Of a stretch of DNA of 64,000 bases, positions 13,747 through 29,179 are shown piece by piece; position 1 is the stretch's first letter; the number at the start of each line of letters is the position of its first letter. The stretch lies in the NCBI RefSeq assembly GCF_009914755.1, contig NC_060929.1, one strand, 5' to 3'. Under the pieces are notes generated by a model, which saw only the letters and a program-made list of their open reading frames with translations, had not been told where the DNA came from and searched no databases. The translations under genes were made by a program, and so were the position numbers. The stretch comes from the human T2T-CHM13v2.0 reference genome, Homo sapiens.

Positions 13747-16037
13747 TGTATTAGTCAATTTTCATGCTGCTGATAAAGACATATGTGAAACTGAGCAATT
13801 TACAAAAGAAAGAGGCTTAATTGAACTTATAGTTCCATGTGGCTGGGGAAGTCTTACAATCATGGCAGAAGGCAAAGAGAAGCAAGTCGCGTCTTACATG
13901 AATGGTGGCAGGCAAAAAATGAGAGATAGCTTGTGTGGGGGACAGCCTTTTTTTAAAAACTATGAGATCTCATGAGACTTACTCACTTTCATGAGAATAG
14001 CATGGGGAAGACTTGCCCTCATGATTCAATTACCTCCCACCAGGTTCCTCCAACAACACATGGGAATTCAAGATGAAATTTGGGTGAGGACAGAGCCAAA
14101 CTGTATCATTCCACCCCTGGTACCTCCCAAATCTCATGTCCTCACATTTCAAAACTAGTCATGTGTTCCCAACAGTCCCCCAAAATCTTAAGTCATTTCA
14201 TCATTAACTCAGAAGTCCACAGTCCAAAGTCTCATCTGAGACAAGGCAAGTCCCTTCCACCTATGAGCCTGTAAAATCAAAAGTAAGTTAGTTACTTCCT
14301 AGACACAGTGGGGGTACAGGCATTGGGTAAATACAGCCATTCCAAATGGGAGAAGTTGGCAAAAACAAAGGGGCTAAAGACCTCATGCAAGTCCTAGCAG
14401 GGCAGTCAAATCTTAAAGATCCAAAATCATCTCCTTTGACTCCATGTCTCACATCCAGGTCACGCTGATGCAAGAGGTGGGTTCCCAGGGTCTTGTGAAG
14501 CTCCATCTCTGTGGCTTTGCAGGGTACAGTCTCTCTCCCTGCTGCCTTCACAGGCAGGTATTGAGTGTCTGTGGCTTTTCCAGGTGCATGATGCAAGCTG
14601 TTAGTGGATCTACCATCCTGGGGTCTGGAAGATAGTGGCCCTCTCCTCACAGCTTGACTAGGCAGTGCCACAGTAGGGATGCTGTGTGGGGGCTATGACC
14701 CCACATTTCTCTTCTGCACTGCCCTAGCAGAGGTTCTCCATGAGGGCCCCACCCCTGCAGCAAACTTCTGCCTGGGCATCCAGGCATTTCCATACATCTT
14801 CTGAAATCTAGGCAGAGGTTCCCAAACCCCAATTCTTGACTTCTGTGGACTCACGGGCTCAACACCATGTGGAAGCTGCCAAGGCTTGGGTCTTGCACCC
14901 TCTAAAGCCAGAGACCAAGCTCTATGTTGGCCCTTTTTAGCCACAGCTGGAGTAGCTGGGACACAGGGCACCAAGTCCCTAAACTGCACAAAGGATGGGA
15001 ACCCTGGGCCCAGCCCACAAAACCACTTTTTCCTCCTGGGCTTCTGGGCCTGTGATGGAAGCGGCTGCCATGAGGACCACTGACATGCCCTGGTGACATT
15101 TTTTCCTTTGTCTTGGTGATAAACATCCAGCTCCTCATTACACAGATTTTTGCAGCCAGCTTGACTTTCTTCTCAGAAAATTGGTTTTTCTTTTCTATCT
15201 CATTGTCAGGCTGCAAATTTTCTGAACTTTTATGCTCTGCTTCCCTTATAAAACTGAATGCTTTTAACAGCATCCAGGTCACCTCTTGAATGCTCTGCTG
15301 CTTAGAAATTTCTTTCACTATATTCCCTAAATCATCTCTCACAAGTTCAAAGCTCCACAAATCTCTAGGGCAGGGACAAAATGCCACCAATCTCTTTGCT
15401 AAAACATAACAAGAGTCACCTTTGCTCCACTTCTCAACAAGTTCCTCATCTCCATCTGAGACTATCTCAGTCTGGATTTTATTGTCCATATCATTATCAG
15501 CATTTTGGTCAAAGCCATTCAACAAGTCTCTAGGAAATTCCGAACTTTCCCATATTTTCTGTTTTCTTCTGAGCCCTCCAAACTGTTCCAACCTCTGCCT
15601 GTTACCCAGTTCCAAAGTTGCTTCCACATTTTCAGGTACCTTTTCAGCAGTGTCCCATTCTACTGGTACCAATTTACTGTATTAGTCTGGTTTCATGCTG
15701 CTAATAAAGACATACCCAAGACTGAGCAATTTACAAAAGAAAGAGGTTTAATCGGACTTACAGTTCCATGTGGCTGGGGAAGCCTCACAATTATGGTGGA
15801 AGGCAAGGAGGAGCAAGTCACATCTTACATAGATGGCAGCAGGCAAAAAATGAGAGAGAGCTTGTGCAGGGGAAGCCTCTTTTTAAAACCGTTAGATCTT
15901 GTGAGACTTATTCATTATCACAAGAACAGCACCAGAAAGACTTGTTTCGATGATTCAATTACCTCCCACTAGGTTCCTCCCACATCACATGGGAATTCAA
16001 GATGAGATTTGGGTGGGGGCACAGCGAAACCATATCA
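13747..16037 (-). mobile_element. Full-length THE1 (THE1C-like) element: LTR 13747-14108, internal 14109-15677, LTR 15678-16037
   Basis: Two ~360-bp direct LTRs (tgtattagtc...atca), typical THE1 internal sequence, 5-bp TSD caggg/catgg. Confidence 0.95.
14902..15672 (-). other. THE1 internal MaLR ORF remnant (256 aa), not a host gene
   Basis: Peptide PRDLLNGFDQNADNDMDN...WSKGDSCYVLAKRLVAFCPCPRDLW...ISKQQSIQEVTW is the characteristic MaLR internal ORF. Confidence 0.85.
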
Positions 16038-16195
16038 CATGGGAATGAATTGAGTGAGAACTAACACATTACTGCTAGGCCGGCACCAAGCAATCTGGGG
16101 GGAATCCATCCCCATGACCCAAACACCTCCTATTAGGTCCCACTTCCAACTTTGGGGATAAAATTTATACATGAGGTTTGGGGGACAAAAAGAAA

Positions 16196-16512
<317 letters not shown>

Positions 16513-18663
16513 TAGCATTGGCTTAATTAAAAGCTGATATTCAGGCTATACATTTTTCAAGGCCTCTGTGCTCTCTGTTGGATTGAGAACATCAGAGTTC
16601 TGGCTACCATATGGTGGAACTTAAATGAGACTCTTGCAACTCTGATACTCCTTGAGGAACACAGAACACATGCCACTAACTCCCTTTCTGAGTCCCCTGT
16701 CTTCCTAAATGAGCCCCAAGAGTGGTAGGTGGGTGCCTTTCAAGTCTAAAGCTCTGCTTCCTTTTACATTGAGTTCCCTGATCATTTTGGATTTTGGAGG
16801 TACCAAGGGTTAGTTTAAACTGTGAGACGACACTTGACCTTTGGGTGTGTGATAACTAATGATTCACTAGCAAAAGCTACAATTTTAAAGGTAACTGATG
16901 GCAGATACAATGAATGGTTATCACTACAGTGGTTGAACTCTGGCTTTTTGTCCCATTTCTTTCAAATTTAGATAAGAATAGCCTCATATTTCTGACTGAG
17001 TCAAAGAGAAACTGACAGTAAATGGCACTTTGGTGTAAGAAAACTATTGGCTATGTTGATCAAAAGGATCATAGAGCCAAAGCCACAACTTGACAATGGA
17101 TATTGGGCAGTTGGAGGCTGTTGCAAAACTTACCATCAAAGGTTGGGGCTCCTGTGGTTGGCAAGCTAGTCACAAAGTAAATTGATTGATGTTGGATGGC
17201 CCATTCAGTCTCAGGGGGAGTATCCTTGTGGTGAGGTGTACTGTGAGAGCACAGCACAGCCCATCCCTGTGGTCTTTCCATTTTGGACATTTTTCTGGAC
17301 TCTGGTAGATCTGAAATTCAACATAAAAATGTGATTCTTAATTTCTAGAGATCTGGATGCTCTGCCTTCCAGCTATGCCTGTTTTTTATATGTGTAAGTA
17401 TTAGGCAGTGGGAGCTACAAATGCTTTGTCAGTCCTATTCATTAATGGGTTCTACCTGATTTATTTTTTGTTAAGAAACAAAAATAAATTAAAATGCGAC
17501 TTATCTAATTAGAATGGCTTCCAAAATATGCCTTTCGGATATTCAGCTGGTTAATTTGAAAAGACCTGTAAATCTTCTAGGCTCATCCTTATGTTTTTTG
17601 TAAAATCCTGCAATAAATTTCTATAATTTCAGGCTGCCTGAGCATCCATTTTTGAATCCTCTGTGTCTCATCTAACTGACGCACCTGAACCCAATACTTC
17701 TACTCATCAAGGTTCTCCTAGAGAGTGGCTATCTTGATAAGCCTGTCAGACCAAAGCTAGAGTTTATAGCCTCTTTCCAGACTAAATCTTCAAGACCAAA
17801 TTAGGAAAAAGTGCAACAAATCTAGTTTTAGAAGAAATGAATATTTTCTCCACCCCGATAAGCTTTGGAAACATTCAGACCTAAAATCTAGTCCACAGCT
17901 TCCATAAAATTTCTCTGACAGTACACACTATGCTCTAAGCACTTTCCTAGAGATAAAATAAAACAGAAACTAACTGAAATTACCTTCAGCTTATATGACA
18001 TGAGATAATCTTTGTTAAATAAAGGTAGTTTTAAAACTGTTGGTGAAATAAAAATATAAGTGTCTTCAGAATTGTCAGCATACAGTTTTTGCCTGGGATT
18101 CTTAGTCAGACAGGTTTGTGCTGTCTCTACTAGATGCTTTAAAATCACAAAACTATAAATGCAACCTAACAGCAGAACACACAGTAAAGATGAGTTACTT
18201 AATTACTTAACACATGTCAGTCAAAAAAGTTTCAAATGTTTAACTTCTGTCTTTTTTTTCCTTCTGTGATATTTTTGATACTTCCCTAATTTATTGGTGA
18301 GCTGTTGGGCTCTCCTGAAGGCATGCATACATCTTGCTATTGGCATATATCTTTAGTTTTAAGTTTCTGGATTCTGGCATATGAACAGATGGTTATGGTA
18401 AAGCCTGGGGACATGTGTGTGACCACAGCATCTCAGCTGCCAGCTGCAGGACAGGGCCATGCCCAGTAGGACCCATTCTGTGTCTAGTGTCTTAGAGGCC
18501 TTGGTTAGAACAAGGCTGACTGATTCAGGGTTAGCTTGATTTTGCTTTTTAAAAAATAACTGAAATAGGCAGCTTTGTTTTCCATGAGCAATTCAAATAT
18601 AATTGTTCAAAACAAATAGGAAAATGTAAATGAGATAAACAGTTATAAATAAACTTGTCATAA

Positions 18664-18953
18664 TTTTTTTTTTAGATGGAGTCTCACTCTGTCACTGAGG
18701 CTGGAGTACAGTGGTGTGATCTCAGCTCACTGTAAGCTTCAACTCCCAGGTTCATGCCCTTTTCCTGCCTTATCCTCCTGAGTTGCTGGGACTACAGGTG
18801 CCCGCCAGAATGCCTGGCTAATTTTTTGTATTTTTAGTAGAGACGGGGTTTCACCGTGTTAGCCAGGATGGTCTTGATCTCCTGACCTTGTGATCTACCC
18901 ATCTTGGCCTCCCAAAGTGCTGGGATTACAGGCGTGAGCCACTGCACCTGGCC
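18664..18953 (-). mobile_element. AluY-like SINE
   Basis: caccgtgttagccaggatgg diagnostic; TSD ataaacttgt(c/t)ataatt. Confidence 0.93.
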
Positions 18954-20065
18954 ATAAACTTGTTATAATTTAAAAAATCTTTGCAGTAATTTAAAATCTT
19001 AAAGTCATATTATATTAAATTAATAGATAATCATGAAGTGTCTGAGTCATTTCTAAATAAGTTAAAATACTAAAACATTAATTATTAAACATAAATTTAA
19101 GTTTATATATTTTGGTATATTGCTTTTATATGATACGAAAGCTAAATATATCTAGATATGTTAATAAACACAAAAATGAGAAAAGTATCTCTCTAAAATA
19201 TATAAAATAGTTTTAGTTTACAGAATACAGATTTACAATTGCTAAGGATTAAAATTCTAATTAATATATGTAATTAAAACTACTATATACAAGAGAAATA
19301 TTTCTGTAACAAGGAAAGTAAAATGTTATAAGAATGTGTTTTTGTTGAGAAAAAATAATTTTGTCTAGCTTAAAGTTTATTTAAAGGTGATTTAAAAGTG
19401 AAGAAAGAAAAAATAATATAGGCAAAACTAAATGTCTAACACATTTAAAAAGAAGATAAAATGTAAGAGGATATGAAGCGTTTATAAAAATCTTATCTGT
19501 GTGGTCAAAGCTAAGATTGGATGGATTTCTTTATAAGGTTTTATAAAATTAGCTTTAGTATTCATAATACACTGATACAAGAATAAAATTTCGTTTTCTC
19601 TTTTGAGCAAGATTTTAAAGTAGTATTAATAAGGGATAGTAAAAGATTTCTTTCACATTAGAGTAAACTGCAAAAAAAAAAGGAAAGGTGAGGTACAGAA
19701 ACAGATTCTATGTGCTTCAGCAGACTGTCTTTATTAGATCTTTTCACTATTTGGGAAACTGAGGCTTTTCTCTGTTGAAGAGTAAAAGTTTTTGATTTTA
19801 AAAATCTTTTAGTTAACATTGTAGTTAAATGAATGATAATTATTTCATAATGATCTATGATCCTATTTTGATCAAGTGTTTTAATCCTTTCACATATTTG
19901 ACAGGTTTACCAAAATTAAATTTCAAATTCTAAGTTATCTTTTTGACCTCAAACTAACTGTAGGATGTTCCAGAGGGTCCCTGAAGCTTCTGAAAAAAAA
20001 TAATGAAACAAATCAGGCTTATTTAATATGGGAAGTGTTGTTAAATAGAAAATAATGATTACTGG

Positions 20066-20380
20066 GGCTGGGTGTAGTGGCTCATGCCTGTAATCCCAGC
20101 ACTTTGAGAGGCCGAGGCAGGTGGTTCATGAGGTCAGGAGATCGAGACCATCCTGGCTAACAAGGTGAAACCCCATCTCTACTAAAAGCACAAAAAAATT
20201 AGCCAGGTATGGTAGCAGGAGCCTGTAGTCCCAGCTACTCGGGAGGCTGAGGCAGGAGAATGGTGTGAACCCAGGAAGCCAGAGGTTGCAGTGAGCCAAG
20301 ATCGTGCCACTGCACTCCAGCCTGGGCAACACAGTGAGACTCAGTCTCCAAAAAAAAAAAAAGAAAAAAGAAAAAAGAAA
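20066..20380 (+). mobile_element. AluY/Sc8-like SINE
   Basis: Full dimer; TSD approx. gaaaataatgattac. Confidence 0.93.
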
Positions 20381-21009
20381 ATAATGATTACCATTCTATG
20401 CATTATATTTGTATGGATGTGTTATTAATATGAGTTCTAAAATGGTATGAAAGTCTTAAAATTCTGACATGTCTTGGTATATGTTAGTGATAATTATGAC
20501 TATTAAGTTGTTGTAGGCCACAGAAAATAATAAAATTTCATTGTCGATTGCATTTTTAACTGTACCCATTTTAATCTTTTGATCATAGTTAATTGCTTTA
20601 CTCTGATACTCTTTTAAAAGCATTTTACAATCTGCTATAATTGGAATTTACCTCTTCAAGAAAATTCATGAAAAGGACTCTGACAAGTGCTCTTAAACAC
20701 AAATTTCTGATAACTTTTAAGATAATACAATTGTACTGAGTAAAAATTTCAGAACTCTAATAAAAGTGACTCAAAATTATTAACAACATCAAGCAGAACA
20801 AGAATTAGTTACCTGCGACTGAACTGATAAAGGATTATTATTTTTAATGGCTTTTTGTTTGAGGCATTGCTGATTCTTTTGGACTTCCATAGCTTTACAG
20901 CAATTTTGTAAAGTATACTCTTGTGATAAGAATGAAAACCTCTGCCTTTCTTTTTACTTGATGTATTTAAAATTTGGAAACTATTGGTCAGTATTCTTAT
21001 CGTTTATCA

Positions 21010-21363
<354 letters not shown>

Positions 21364-21411
21364 TTAGGGTGACTGAAAACCCTGAGTATTTTACCAAAGT
21401 TTTGAGTGGAA

Positions 21412-21795
21412 GGGGACCCGAGCAGGTTGCCGCTGCTAGCTGGGGGTGGCCAGCTTTTATCCCCTTGTTTGTCCCCTCCCATGTCCTGTTTCTGTCCTAT
21501 CAGAATGCCCTTTTCTCAATCCTCCCCACGATTGGTTACTTTTAGAATCTTGCTGATAGGTCAGTTTTACAGAGTGCTGATTGTTCCATTTACAGAGTGC
21601 TGATTGGTGCATTTTACAAACCTCTTGCTAGCTACACAACACTGATTGGTGCGGTTTTACAGAGCGCTGATTGGTTCATTTTATAAACCTCTTGTTAGCT
21701 ACAGAGCACTGATTGGTGCATTTTACAATCCCCTTGTAAGAAAAGTTCTCCAAGTCCCCACTTGACCCAGGAAGTCCAGCTGGCTTCACCTCTCA
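21412..21795 (-). mobile_element. Truncated LTR12F-like (ERV9 group) LTR retaining U3 and the start of R
   Basis: Intact terminus ...ccagctggcttcacctctca, ctgattgg repeats, gcttttat TATA-like box; the opposite terminus is absent. Confidence 0.85.
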
Positions 21796-21965
21796 ATTTT
21801 ACCAAAGCTTTGATTGGAATGTCATATTTTCAGATACCACCAGACTGTTTTCAGGGTTTGAAGTTCACTTTTATGGATCCAATTAAAAAAAATAAAATTT
21901 GAAAAACTGGCCTGATACCTTGTCCACAGCCTTTCCTTTCAGGATTTTTAGAATTGTGGTAAGTA

Positions 21966-22271
21966 GGCTAAGCATGGTGGCTCACGCCTGTAATCCAGCA
22001 CTTTGGGAGACTGAGGCGGGCGGATCACAAGTTCAGGAGATTGAGACCATCCTGGCTAATACGGTGAAACCCCGTCTCTACTGAAAATACAAAAAAATAG
22101 CTGGATGTGGAGGCAGATTCCTGTAATCCCAGCTACTCAGGAGGCTAAGGCAGGGAAATCACTTGAACCTGGGAGGCGGAGTTTGCAGTGAGCTGAGATT
22201 GCATCACTGCCCTCCAGCCGATGTGACAGAGTGAGACGCCATCTCAAAAAAAAAAAAAAAAAAAAAAAAAA
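21966..22271 (+). mobile_element. AluSc/Sc8-like SINE
   Basis: Full dimer, long poly(A), TSD agaattgtggtaagta. Confidence 0.93.
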
Positions 22272-23056
22272 GAATTGTGGTAAGTAAAGAATGTCACTTT
22301 CTGACAGGCCAAGGAAACTCAAGATATTTTGGGGACCTCATAAATAGAGTAGATTAAGCAATTTGTACAGGTATTACCGACACAATTTGAGGGTGAGTCA
22401 AATCTTTGCCTGGCTTCATAAGACTCCAGAGGCTTTTAAAAGTCTAATCTAATATTCTTTCTGAAAAGTTCTAGCAAAGTTAACTTTAAAAGAGCCTATA
22501 TGATAAATCACTATTCCTCTTGTACTTTATGCAAATAATCAGTCCAAGTTAATGAGACTAAACTTAATTTGCAGATAAATTAGTCTTATCATGATTATTT
22601 TTGGTAAAAATTGGGGAAACTGGAGAGAGAAAATTATGTTTCAGAAGAGAAGCTATAGCCAGATTGCCACTCTCTGCTCTTACTCCATCTAAACATGTTT
22701 CAAGTCTAACATCTAAAAATGTTCTCGACTGCTGCCTTCTGGACTCAAAAAATAAAAACGACTGAATTTTATGGTTTGATGTAACCATTAACCTTTTTCT
22801 TTTATTTCCATAACAATGCCTCTTATTAGATATGTGATTGCTTACACTATATAGAGCCCTGATATAGATATATATGATATATAGACGGCAGAAGCCCAAC
22901 TGCAGCAGCACTGCCTAAAATGAAAAACAACTATTAACCGTTGAACTGGACTGTCCTATTCTCAGGACTGAGAGACTGATTCAGTTGCTTATGAGACATC
23001 CACCAACCCAATTTTTTAGCCCCAAAACTTCTTGGGGGAAGTTTCAGACTGGGGAA

Positions 23057-23688
23057 TATTGAGGCTCAGACAATGATACCCCAAAATAAAGGCCTAAGAA
23101 GCGGCCTCAGAAGCAAAGTCTCTCCCTGACGTTCTCTTGCTCTCCTGTTTTTTGTCCTTCATTTTTCCCTGAGACAAACTATAGAAACTAGAATTCCTCT
23201 TTCCCAACCAAGGCAAGTCATAGAAACCAGAACCCATTTTTCTCAAAGTCATCCATAATGCTTAAACATATTACTTTAACTGTCCCTTCTCCCAACCTTT
23301 CTGTGTAACATCTGGGCATAAAGAAATTAAGACTCTCCTTCTAGAGGGGTCCTATACTGTACCTGGAAGGAGGAATGCTGTACAGAGAGGCTGAGAAAAT
23401 TCTGAATAGACAGGTCTTGCTGAGTTTCTCCACTTAGTCACACCATTAGATCATACCCTTTTTTTTCTTTCATATTTCTATGGGGCTGCCCATTCTTCAC
23501 TGGACCTAAGCATAAAAATAGTTTACCTTGCATCTTTATGTCTTCATTTTGAAGGCTCCAATGTCACATAAAACTATAATCAAGTACATTTATTATGCTT
23601 TTCTCTTGTTAACCTGTCATTGTTATACGGGTGTCGGCTGTGACCTTTATGATGGGGATGAAAGGGATCCTCCCTTTCCACCCTGATA
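23057..23688 (+). mobile_element. 3' LTR of MER31/MER67-like ERV1 provirus
   Basis: tattgaggctcagacaatgataccccaaaataaaggcc start after the PPT; direct repeat of 11746-12399. Confidence 0.88.
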
Positions 23689-23840
23689 GCTGTTTAATGA
23701 TCACTTGAAAAATAAAGACTATAAAAAGATTCTAAAGGACATATATGAAAACAATGGTATATGTACCACAAATCACTTATATTTTAACATATAAAAATAT
23801 GTTGCCCAGATGATAGGAATATTGACCAGTTCAAATTACA

Positions 23841-24488
<648 letters not shown>

Positions 24489-27011
24489 AATGTATGTAAT
24501 TTTTTGACTTTCTATTATGCATTAAATGAGATTCATAAACATGTTTAATTTCTTGTTAATTTCATACAAAATATGGTCTTATTAAGTACAACCTCCATCC
24601 CATGGCTAAGCTACTATTATACTCTTTACTGTTGGTAGAACAGATGAGAGAGTGTAGAATGACCATGCAAAAGCTATTATTGCTAAAAGGGGTAAATTTT
24701 GTTTAATCTTCTAGGTGATTACTCATTCACTTGTATAGTTAAAATTACATTTGTGTATGTGTAGGGGAGAATTTTCTTAGCTCTTCAAGTCATTTTACCT
24801 TTTAAAGTTCCACATTAATTTTAGAGAATAATAGTTGTGGGTTCTGGGCCTAGAGCCCAGTACTCTATATCCTAATCTCTCATTTGAATTTGTCACTCTG
24901 TGAACTTATTCGTGTCATTTAACCTTTCTTTTTAGCTTCTCAACCTATGAAGAAGAGTCGCTTTTTATTGTTATACTGAAATCAATACTATTATATTTTA
25001 AAATGCCTTCAAATCTATACAACCTATAAAAAGGGCTTAGGTTATATTTTATGAGCACTTTTATTAAAATTGAGTTTTCTTTCCTTAAAGTCAGTGCTAA
25101 TACTACAAGGAGAAAAGCATTTTCCAAGATAGGTACTCCGTTCACATTCCTGGCATACAAAAGACAATGATTTCATGTAAGAGACTGCCAGGTATGCCTT
25201 TGGGCTTTATATTAATTTGTGAAACATTACTTTCATTATGTTTCCTGTTCAAAAATTATGCACATTTGAATCAAAGCCCAATGACAGTGTCTAGTAACTG
25301 AAAAATATTTATTTCTCCTTGGAAATCATATCTGCTTAATTACCCAATCTTTTGGGAACACAGCCAAAGCCTGGAGTGAGTCTTTTGTTGCAGAAAAAAA
25401 AAAGAGAGAGAAAAATAATTTGGTGCTGAGGGGAAACAACTATCTTACAGCTCTTGTGGCCATCCTGTCATGTTTTGAATTGCCCTGCTAACCTGCCATT
25501 GTCATCTGGTTTCATGTCACTGGAGTTTGTGTCATATGATAACCCCAAGGTAAAGAACTCTGTTCCTTTACTATATTTCTTTTTGCTTCTGCTCTCTCAT
25601 ATTCTTGTCCATCTTGCTTTGGCTTGTTCATATTCTGGGAGTAATGGGGTGAAGTTGATATAAGACATTTTACTCTCAGTTACTCAAGGGCTAATTATCC
25701 AGTCTATTGATTGCTTGGTCCAGCCTCTGCTTTTCCTGTCTTTAAGAGGGTGGTTGACCGCCCACTAGCACTTAAACCAGACAAGAGTAGGGGGTGGAGA
25801 GAGAAAGTGATAAAATTCAAATCTATCTATTTGCAGCTTATTAGTAGTGCTAGTTAAGAGCTTAGGTGAATGGCAAAAATGTGGTTTAGGAACACCTGTA
25901 GATTTAATTTAGTCTTATTTTTCCTTGTCATCTCTTACCATGGATAATTGGGTTGGCTTCATTTCCCTATGTTCATATAGTTAATTCTCAGAAGTTGGGC
26001 TTTTTATTACTTTGGAGCAGTCACTTAATTGGCACTTAAGGCATTTCAGGAAGCTATGGGGATAAGCTTACATTTTTCAAGTAAGGAAACTGAGACACAC
26101 AGTCTTGAAACTGAGGAAGGGTACTTGGAGGAATCATGGGTAACAGTGACTTTTTTCACTCTTTGGTATGCGTTCACAGATACATAGATATGATAGTAAC
26201 ATCTAATGGTAATTCATCTTATCCAGTGGTTTCTCACAGTGGTGTCTGAATCACCACTACAGCCATGCAGAGTTGTGATTTCAGACTTGGCTTGGGGTTT
26301 GTTTCTCAGTTGTGCTATTTCTTCCAGATGATTAAACTTCAGCTAGAAGAATGTATGGAATATAGTAAACACTCAAAAAAGAGTCAGTTTAATTCAAATT
26401 GTAGTAATAATAGTTGTAGTGGTGGTAGTACTAATAGTCATAAAGTTTCTGAGTTATTTCAAAAGAAATTTCTATTTCAAAAAAAAGTTATTTCTATTTC
26501 AAAAAGAATAAATGAAATCATACTGGTGGCAAGGCCATGTAGGCTGTGACTTAATTAATGTAGGCTTATATAGTATTAGAATCTCAAAGTTTGGTTTTAT
26601 GAGTTTGTCTTTCATAGTAGAAAGGTTGGGAATCAATGATCCAATATAATTCCCTTATTTTGTAAAGACAAAAACACAGGTCCAAAGAATACAAGTATTT
26701 TCCCAAGGTCACCCAACAGGATAAGGGCAGATGCCAACAGAACAAGAAATGATGGACTAGTGAATCCTAAGTGAATTTTTTCCCACAATTACACTGGTGT
26801 TAGGTCATCAATGATGTAACTCCTACAACTAAATGACATATTTATCTTCTCTATTCTGAATAGTCCTCACTGCCTGTATTCTTAATTTCTTGATTGGAAA
26901 TGGGACAAAGAAATAATTTTTATGAACCAAGAGAAAATAAAGATGATGACAGCAAATCCTTATGGTGAAGCAAAATGCAAAGGCTAAAATTATAGGCTAG
27001 ATTAAGTGCTC

Positions 27012-27455
27012 TGCTATGGCAGAGATAGTCAACTGTCTGTTTTATGTTCCCTCTTAATAACATGGAGACATCCCTGGGGAGTGAGCAGAGATACCTTTGA
27101 CACATGGTTGTCTAGCAGAAATTACATTTTACAACCCTGTTTGCATTTAGGTGTGGCTATGTGAGCTACTTCATACAAATAGAATATCAGTGGAAGTAAT
27201 TATGTGTCATTTCTAAGGCAAGTCTTTTAGAAAATAGATATGCCCTTTCCATATCCTTTCTTCATTCACCAGCTGCTGCAAAGAACTGCAACACCCTAGG
27301 GTATAGAGGAGCTACAAGATCCTTGGATCCTGGGTCCTTGAATCACCACATGGAAGAAAGCAGCACTTTTGATAGGAATATTTGCATTGAACTTCTAAGT
27401 GAAATAAACTTCTGTCATCACAAACTAATGACATTTGAGGGAGGTATGCTAATGC
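27012..27455 (+). mobile_element. Old MLT1 (MLT1J-like) LTR
   Basis: attacatttt...gcatttaggtgtggctatgtga...agtggaagt...tgtgtcatttct and tgggtccttgaatcaccacatggaag motifs. Confidence 0.65.
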
Positions 27456-28828
27456 TAATCCAAATAATATCTGTACTTTTTTCACAATGAATGTGATAAA
27501 CTGCAGTATCTAAATCAAAGTATATATGCATTATTTTTTACAGAAAGAAAATTCAGTTTGGCATAAGTTTTGCTGTTTGTTTTGAAAAGGCTTCTTGCAG
27601 TTATTTGACAAGGTGTTCATATTAATTCGCTCAGTAATGCTAAATACATACATTTACAGAATTCTTCTCAAATAATGTTTTGTAATGGCAAACAAAATTA
27701 ATTACGTGTCAAGTTATTCAGATTAAAAACAATCATGAGCAGAACATCCTGAAGAGCACATACCTACACACATAAGAAAGCATGAAGTCAAAGAAAGCAA
27801 CAGTAATCTAATACATACTTTTAATAAGTGTAATATGACTTGGCCATTGATGCTATAAAATTTATAGTAATTCATGTGAATGAATTTCTATATATATAGT
27901 GAATGAATTTCTATAGTGAATTTCTATAACCAAGATTTATTTTCATAGTGAAATCAATTTTTGTAGATTTTTTTCTCTGTTTATTACTTCACTAGTGTCT
28001 CAAAACTATGCCAAAGTTGACAGTTCCTTTTCATACCATTCACCATTTAATAATCGTATATTCACATCAAGACATGTGCACACATTTTAAAAGATAAAGT
28101 CTTGCATCTAGCCACCACCAGCACCCCAGTTCCTTATAGATGTTTTCCTTCAATGTTTTATCTAAGCTCTCATGCCAGACCTTTATTCATGTCCCTCACT
28201 CTCTGCCAGTCTTTATTGATTCCCTGACATGCGGCCTTTCATCTCAGGCAACCTTTTTTTGTTTTTGTTGTTCAGCATTGAATATTTCCTTTATTAACTT
28301 ATTTTTATCTGATTATAAAAATTATAAACATAGAACCACTAGAACACAAGTGAGAATAAACAAGAGTTTTTAAATGATCTGCGATCACAATTCTCAGTAC
28401 CATATTCACTTTAACACAGATACATTTTTTAAACAAAAGTTGGACCTGCCATTTAATGTCATATTTCTACCTGGCAGCTTTTAGAACAAATATTGGAAAG
28501 CTGGCTACATTAAATCCTTACTTTGAAAATTAGGTTTTAGTGCATGTGAAGGAAAGTGAAGTTTAATAAAAAGTTCAGAATAAAATTTTGGGCAATTTTA
28601 CAGCATATGCAATTCCTAAGAATCCTCAGGTTTTAAAAGATTGAATATTTATTTATAAATAACAACATCTAATAATATATTATTTATAATTTCTTCAAAC
28701 CCATACTAATACTATTTTTGGAACTGTTATTTTTTATGAATTATTAAGTTGCCTAATACTTTGAGCCTACTCATCTTGAGGACTGAATTCAGTTTTCAGT
28801 CGTTTCTAAGCTTATATTAAAGTCTTGG

Positions 28829-29179
<351 letters not shown>

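Noticed and set aside
26452-26510. Degenerate repeats of atttctatttcaaaa
   Set aside because: Ordinary slippage-type microduplication in AT-rich DNA
27875-27928. Three copies of gtgaat(gaat)ttctata
   Set aside because: Short local tandem duplication with no sign of function
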